DNA of 52,765 nt from Chromera velia (taxonomy: Eukaryota): NCBI GenBank assembly GCA_018398765.1, contig JAHBMJ010000233.1, positions 1 to 52,765 on the forward strand, given 5' to 3'. The first letter of the stretch is position 1; each line of letters begins with the position of its first letter. This document shows, one piece after another, positions 46,904 to 52,765 of this stretch. The notes under the pieces were generated by a model. The model was not told where the DNA came from, did not search any database, and saw nothing but the letters and a program-made list of their open reading frames with translations. The position numbers were made by a program, and so were the translations under genes.

Positions 46904-49198
46904 AGAACTGTATAGCTGAGATGCGCTGAAATGAACTAAAAAGAACGGGTTTTTTTCTTGATGACGTTCTGACTGCGCGGTTTCCATGATAGTCTCTTCA
47001 ACATTTAGTGAACAATTATCGAAAACAGCCAATTTCAATTTTCAAACCCAGTTTTATTCGCAACTTTCATTCAAAATCTCTTGAAACTTTAAAGATAATA
47101 AAAGCTTACTTATCTACATATTCATTTGTTTTTCAGTGTTAAAATTTGTTTTGAAGTCCTCTTTAAATTGTTATACTAGTAGATCTAGTTATAGATTCTT
47201 GTACATGTTTTTATACCGTGTGACATCTTTTTAAATATATAGTGAAATTGATATATGGTATACCGTGCACGCCTTTTTAATATAGGTAGTGGACCTCGGG
47301 GGCACCTACTGCCACCCAGAACCAATGACAACTGCATGAAAAGTAATTTGGTATTACAGCACTGGTGCTCTCAGCAGCTAAAGCACTGTTACCGTTTTTC
47401 AATCGCTAGCGTGCTCCTAGCTTTGCAATATGACATGAATGCTCACAGACTACCCTTTGCCATTGGGACACGATCATCGATGGCTGGCGGGTTAAGTCAC
47501 CTCATCATCAACTAAGATAATAGTTATTAATAGTAGATAATATATCACATTATATCATATCACGTCTTGAATTAATGATAAATTTGCTAGTAAATTTGTT
47601 ATGCAGCCTGTCAGAGCAAGAGTGTTTGATCCAATGTGTATCGCGCTGTGCATGCAGCACGATGAAAGCTTCTTCTGCATGCTGCAAGTATATAAGTTGA
47701 ACACTCTGCCTACAGCACACTCAATTGTATGTCAACGCTGCGTCGCTGGACTCCGAACTCGACGGCAGACGTCGAAGTTGAACGGTGCATGGACCGCGGG
47801 TTGATTGTCCATGATCACCCGCAAGTCCTGTCTTCTTCTTCATCCAGTCTCTGCATGACTCTCTCTCAGACGCCCAGCCGTAGGCTTGCTGCTCTGCGGT
47901 ACTCGTCAATGCTTTGGCAGCTTAATTTGCGTTTCCCCCCCGTAAACTTACTGTGGAGACGCTTGCCCAAGATTGCATCCAGGATTGCAGCACCATGCGA
48001 GCAGATGGTAAAAAAGAAACAGGAGCGCATTCGTTTTCATACAACTGAGTCGGAGAGCACAAGGAGGCAAGCAGAAACGGCTTGACTGGATGAATAAGTG
48101 CGTGGACACAAGAATGTGGGAGTCAGAAAGTGAAGCTGAATAGATGAAAGCCAACACACAAAAAAAGAAGGGACGAAGAAAATAAACGAAAACGGACGAA
48201 AGGACGAAGCAACACACAAGCAGATGACAACAACATCCCGTTCTAATTCCCTTCCCCTCATTCCATAGAAAAAACATACAAGAAATGAATATGAAGAGGT
48301 TCGCAGGCAGGAAGGTGCTTCGACAAACGGTTTTCTGTCTGCCCCTTACTGCGTTCTTTCTTTTTTCCTGTTCCCCCCCTTTCCTCCCTTTCTTCCTTCC
48401 CTCCCTCCCTCCCTCCCTCCCTCCCTAATTTTGACATTGAATTTTGTTATCCTTGCCTGCCTTCTTTTTAGTGTAAATTCGGTCTTTAAAAAGCGGGGGG
48501 GGAAAGAAGAGCTCTGTCTTCTCGTTTCCCTGTAACGAATTCATTTCTCTCTTTTTGTCGGTTTCCCTTGGCCACACTTCCTGTTTCTGCGGCTCTGATG
48601 TTCGTTTCAACCAAAGACATGGTGACTCTGCACTTGATCAACCCTCCCTCTCTGTCCGTGTTGCTGCTTTCCTTGTCCTCGAAATCCCATAGAAAGAAGA
48701 AAGGAGAAAGAGAAAGAAGAAAGAAAGAAGAAAACAGCAAAGAAAGAAGGAGAAAACTGCAAAGAAAGAAAGAGAAAACAGCAAAGAAAGAAAGAAAGAA
48801 AGAAAGAAAGAGACGGAGGACCAACAGAAAAAGAACGACAGCAAAGAGAGAAAGGGAGAAAGATAAATTCGTGCAGTTGGGCAAATGGATACATCGATAC
48901 CCAGAGAGATAGCAAAGATAGAATGAAACCACGAAGAGGTCCAAAAGCGGAAAAGACACAGAGAAAGATGAATGCCCCTCGCCAGAATGCGTAGTACTAG
49001 TACCAGAAGTCAGTGAGAGACAGCCCCGACTCCCGGCCTATTTCGATCGCTCCTTGATTAAGTGATCAGTCGCCACCCCAGTCTCAACGGCATCCCAGAT
49101 CTCCTCTCTCTTGCATACCCATTAATTTCCCTGATTGCCCCTTCCCCGCTTGTATGGATGGCTCTTGTCTTGCGATTCGATGCTCAGTTCAGTTCAGT

Positions 49199-51296
49199 TC
49201 ACTCACTTCGATCCTCGATGGTCTTCTCAATCCCCAAGACTGCGCCATGTGCGGCTTTCTGGCAGTTCCTGACCATGGAGAGGTCCTCGGGGGGGAACAG
49301 GTGATACCCCAGAGCTCCTCCCACTGCGTCAGTAAACGCGGTGATCACGTCGTTGACAGGAAGGGGGGTCTCCTTCATGTCGATCTCGTAGAGTACTTCC
49401 TCGCCATCCAGGGCCTGCGTGCGGGTCCAGTCGATGCGGTTGGCACCCACGCTCACACCCATCAAGGGGGGATCCCCCGCTTTCGGCATCCCATACTCCA
49501 GCTAGACCTTGGAGCCGTCGTCATAGGTCAGCAGCAGAGCGTGATGCTCTGCGACGAAGAGCTGTCTCACCATAGACGGGAAGCCCGGGAGTTTCCCGCC
49601 CACAACCTGAATAGCCACGACAGAGCGACTGGGGTCCGGACGCTCCTCAGGAAAAGAGAGCTTCACAGGAGAGGGATGGCTCACGTTTCTCCCATCGGTT
49701 AGCGTCTGCACGGCAGCCTTGATCTCGGGCATGAGCTGGTCATTGACCACAGCGGCGATCACCCCTGCGGTGGCATATTTGAGGGTTTCCTCGGAAACAG
49801 AGCCCGTCTCGACAAGGGAACCTGTTACCTGTGCCGCCCCCACCTTAGCAGCTATCTTGATAACCTTGGGTGCATCCTTGGCGAGTTTCCCTGCACAACC
49901 GCCTGCGGCTGTCGCTGCAACGGCAGCCAGAGGGTCGCAACCAACGACTGCCGCCTCGGCCGCGGAGCTGACGAGCGATGTGGCTTGAGATGCGGTGGCG
50001 TAGCGGTCAGCAAGTGCAGCAGCGCCCGGTGCCTGCCTTGAGGGCATCGAGACTCTTTTTCATTTCGTCGTAGTAACCGGAGATGGCCTTGAAGGCGCCC
50101 CTCACTGCGCCGGCCTTGGCCTCGTTGCTGAGGTCTCTCCCCTTCTCACCAACCACCAGAGCCCCGGCAGTGCTCGTGATGGCGCCCAGAGCACTGTTGG
50201 CAAGAATGGCACCGGGAGCGCCGGTTGCCGCAAGGGGGGCAAGCATGGGGGCTACGATGACTGCAGCAGCTGTGGCGACTCCAGTCTTGGCAACGTTGAT
50301 CAGAACAAGCTGAAAAAGATCGAACTTCGCCTTTGCCTCCTTGGCAACCGCAGCTGCTTTTGCGATCGCTTCATTGCCGACCTTCTTCGCCTTCTGAATG
50401 GCGTCCTCTCCAAGCTCGACAACTTTGTCAATCCCGTCAGCGCCCTTCTCGATGACCTTCACAACGCCCGTCTCCCCGACCTCAACGATCTTCTCAATGT
50501 TGTCTTCAACGATCGGAACGAGGACCTTGAAGCCTTTCTCACCCATCTTGATCACCTTCTTGGCCCCGTCCTTGTCGATTTCCACCAGCTCGAGGAGACC
50601 ACTCTCGCTGCGGACCACTCTTCTGACACCATCCCCCACGAACTCGACAACGCTCTCGACCAGACCCTGCACATACAGGCAGCAGAAAGAAAACCAGGCA
50701 GCTTTCTTCCAATTGACCGTAACTCCCCACACGACGACCGTGACCAAGGGGACAATTCTCGTTCTTACAGATAAAGACTGTTGAAATTAGTGGAAGCACG
50801 TGGAAGCATCAGCATGAGGTGTCGACTTGTCAATACACAATGTGAAGTATGGAGAAGCGCACTGCACCGTCAAACAAAAGCAGCGAATTTGACAGTTCTG
50901 TGTTCACATTCATGCAGGCAAGGGTGCGCAGTGAAACAGTAAGGAGTCGATCAAAAGCGCAGAGAGGTGCGTGTGAGGAGGGATAAACATAAAAGGAAAC
51001 TAGAGGCAGAGAAGGGCAAACAAAGACAGACACGATAAGAGACTGCAGGAGAGACGTGAAAGTATGAAAAGAAAAAGACTGACCGATTTCTTCACCCTGT
51101 CGAGTCCGGCCTTCGCGGCATGAAGTCCCTTGTCCACTTCGTCTTTGACGGCATCGCACGCACGCACGCACGCGCGTTCCAGCATAATTATAGGTCAACT
51201 TCATCGTGCGGCTGAGAAGGGCACAAAAGACCAAAGCGAATTTGACACGCAGGCCTCCCAGAAGGCGGTAACTCGAAGGAAGGGATACACAGAGAG

Positions 51297-51330
<34 letters not shown>

Positions 51331-51415
51331 GGGGAGAGAGAGAGAGAGAGAGAGAAAGAAAGAGAGAGAACGAGAAAGAGAGCAAGAGAGAGAGAGAGAG
51401 AGAGTGAGAGAGAGT

Positions 51416-51452
<37 letters not shown>

Positions 51453-51835
51453 AAAGAACAGATTGCAGCGAGAGTCAAAGAAACAGAGAGGGTAAGACAG
51501 AACGAAGCAAGATGGAATTGGAAAGCACAAGAAAAAGAGAGAAAACAGGAAGGAATGAAACGAGGAAGCAAGGAAGAATTGAGGGAGCAAGAGAGGAAGA
51601 CGAAAGGAAGAAGGGGAGGAAGGAGGAATGGACGCGTTTGCAGAGAAACCGAAAACAGAAATCATTAACTGACGGAGTCTTCCACTTTATCGATGACTTT
51701 GTCAGTTTCCTTCCTGGCGTGCTCCTCCAGTTCCTTGGCCTGCTCCTGAAATCGTTGACCTTCTTCCTTGGCCTGCTCCTGAAGTCGTTTACTCTCTTGC
51801 TTGGCCTTCTCCTTGTATTTATCCAATCTTCCCAT
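49199..51835 (-). pseudogene. Disrupted gene: 11-mer amphipathic repeats + Gly/Ala hydrophobic hairpin + C-terminal permuted papain-like (PPPDE/LRAT-type) domain
   Basis: Exon 51835-51674 (MGRLDKYKEKAKQE...), orphan exon ~51155-51084 lacking an adjacent AG, and a long exon from 50666. Frame broken by a 4-nt duplication (TGCCTGCC, 50030-50037) and an in-frame TAG (49502-49504). Downstream reads EHHALLLTYDDGSKV*LEYG...GYHLF...RNCQKAA. A donor-like gtgagt at 49206 suggests the gene may continue further. Confidence 0.7.
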
Positions 51836-52239
51836 TTTGAGAGCGAAGAAGAGAAACTGAGACGAACTGCTTAGGCAACTGATAAAATTTGGGGGATCCA
51901 CGGCAAGACTGACGGCTTGGTACACTTCAAGCACTTCTACTCTTGCGAAGCGAGTTGGTATGCTGAGTCAAAAGCCCAGAGTCCTCTTTCCTGCGCGGAA
52001 AACGAAGAAGGACGACTGAGAAAGAGACTTCGTGTTGAGGTCGATTTTATTTTTGTGGGTTGACACAGGACGCGACACAAGACCGTCACGCGCGGACAGC
52101 CGCTTTCCGGGCCAGATTGACTGCAATTGACAGGACCTGCACCTAGAGTTCAGGTTCTCCCCGTTTGCACGGTGCAGGTTCGAAAGCCACTGAATGAAAA
52201 GTTCTTCTGTCTGAGTCTCACTGTTTGACGTACAGCTGA

Positions 52240-52465
52240 ACCATGCATGCTGAACCTGCACCATACCTGCACCTGAACCGTATCCTGAACTGCATGCATG
52301 GCCCCGGAAAGCGAAGCGCGCGGGGGGCACTTATATAGGGGCCCGGGGCCCGGCCGCGCGGGCACAGGCTGTCACCCCTGGCTGCATGTGTGCCGGTGCA
52401 TGCATGCATGCAGCAGTGTAGAATAGGGGGCGGGCGGTCGCGCGGGGTGTCACCCCGGCCGGTCA
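52240..52465 (-). promoter_or_regulatory. GC-rich putative promoter of the 49199-51835 gene with TATA-like CTATATAAG, a conserved 36-40-bp element and TGCATGCA repeats
   Basis: Minus strand reads CCCCTATATAAGTGCCCCCCGCGCGCTTCGCTTTCCGGGGCCATGCATGCA. TGCATGCATGCATGCA at ~52397-52412. About 460 bp upstream of ATG 51835. Confidence 0.55.
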
Positions 52466-52765
52466 TCCCTATCTTTGGAATGTGAATCGCACGGAGAGGA
52501 GATGCATGAGGGGTACATTGTTGAAATTGATTTATTATCACGGTCTTGTATTCCTTCTATACATATATATCAATATCGATATATATATATATATAGCTGT
52601 GCAGTGTCTGTGGTACGGATGTGTCACTCTTTTTGGAAAGAAGTATCTGCTGTGAGTCCCTTGTGACCGTGCACGCTGGTAGACCGTCATGTAGGCTGTG
52701 CGTGTACCTGTACGGTGAGTCGTTGTAAGTTGAGGAATTTCTCTGTTTGGCGGCTACCCTTTCCG

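Noticed and set aside
49499..49507. GTCTAG as a 6-nt GT-AG intron removing the stop
   Set aside because: Far below any known spliceosomal intron length; other introns here are about 100 nt or longer.

Overview
Eukaryotic, intron-rich genomic DNA with microsatellite-laden GT-AG introns (frequent GTCAGT/GTGAGT donors), TGCATGCA promoter motifs and a signal-peptide + Phe plastid-type presequence. Together these suggest an apicomplexan-related alga such as a chromerid (inference, not proven). Most ORFs in the supplied track are exon fragments or microsatellite artefacts. Manual exon chaining gives five apparently intact genes: (1) a signal-peptide/RCC1-repeat/TM protein (-, 1708-6692) that needs a 16-nt microexon; (2) a probably plastid-targeted DUF501 protein (-, 8325-9966); (3) a large TSNAXIP1-like coiled-coil protein (+, 10539-27826) divergent from gene 2; (4) a low-complexity PH-domain protein (+, 28755-35378); (5) a C2-less copine-type vWA protein (+, ~40292-46903). 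There are also two disrupted genes: a decayed minus-strand gene (~36890-39616), and a minus-strand gene (49199-51835) combining 11-mer amphipathic repeats, a Gly/Ala hydrophobic hairpin and a permuted papain-like (PPPDE/LRAT-type, H...NC) domain. Notable non-coding signals are a ~36-bp GC-rich element shared by two unrelated promoters, a shared CGCG palindrome, (GTCA)n arrays starting exactly at splice donors, premature stops that all sit in CTAG (two within an identical 12-mer), and AT-rich intergenic blocks with CpA>TpA-like and micro-duplication scarring. No rRNA, tRNA, CRISPR array or intact transposase was recognised.
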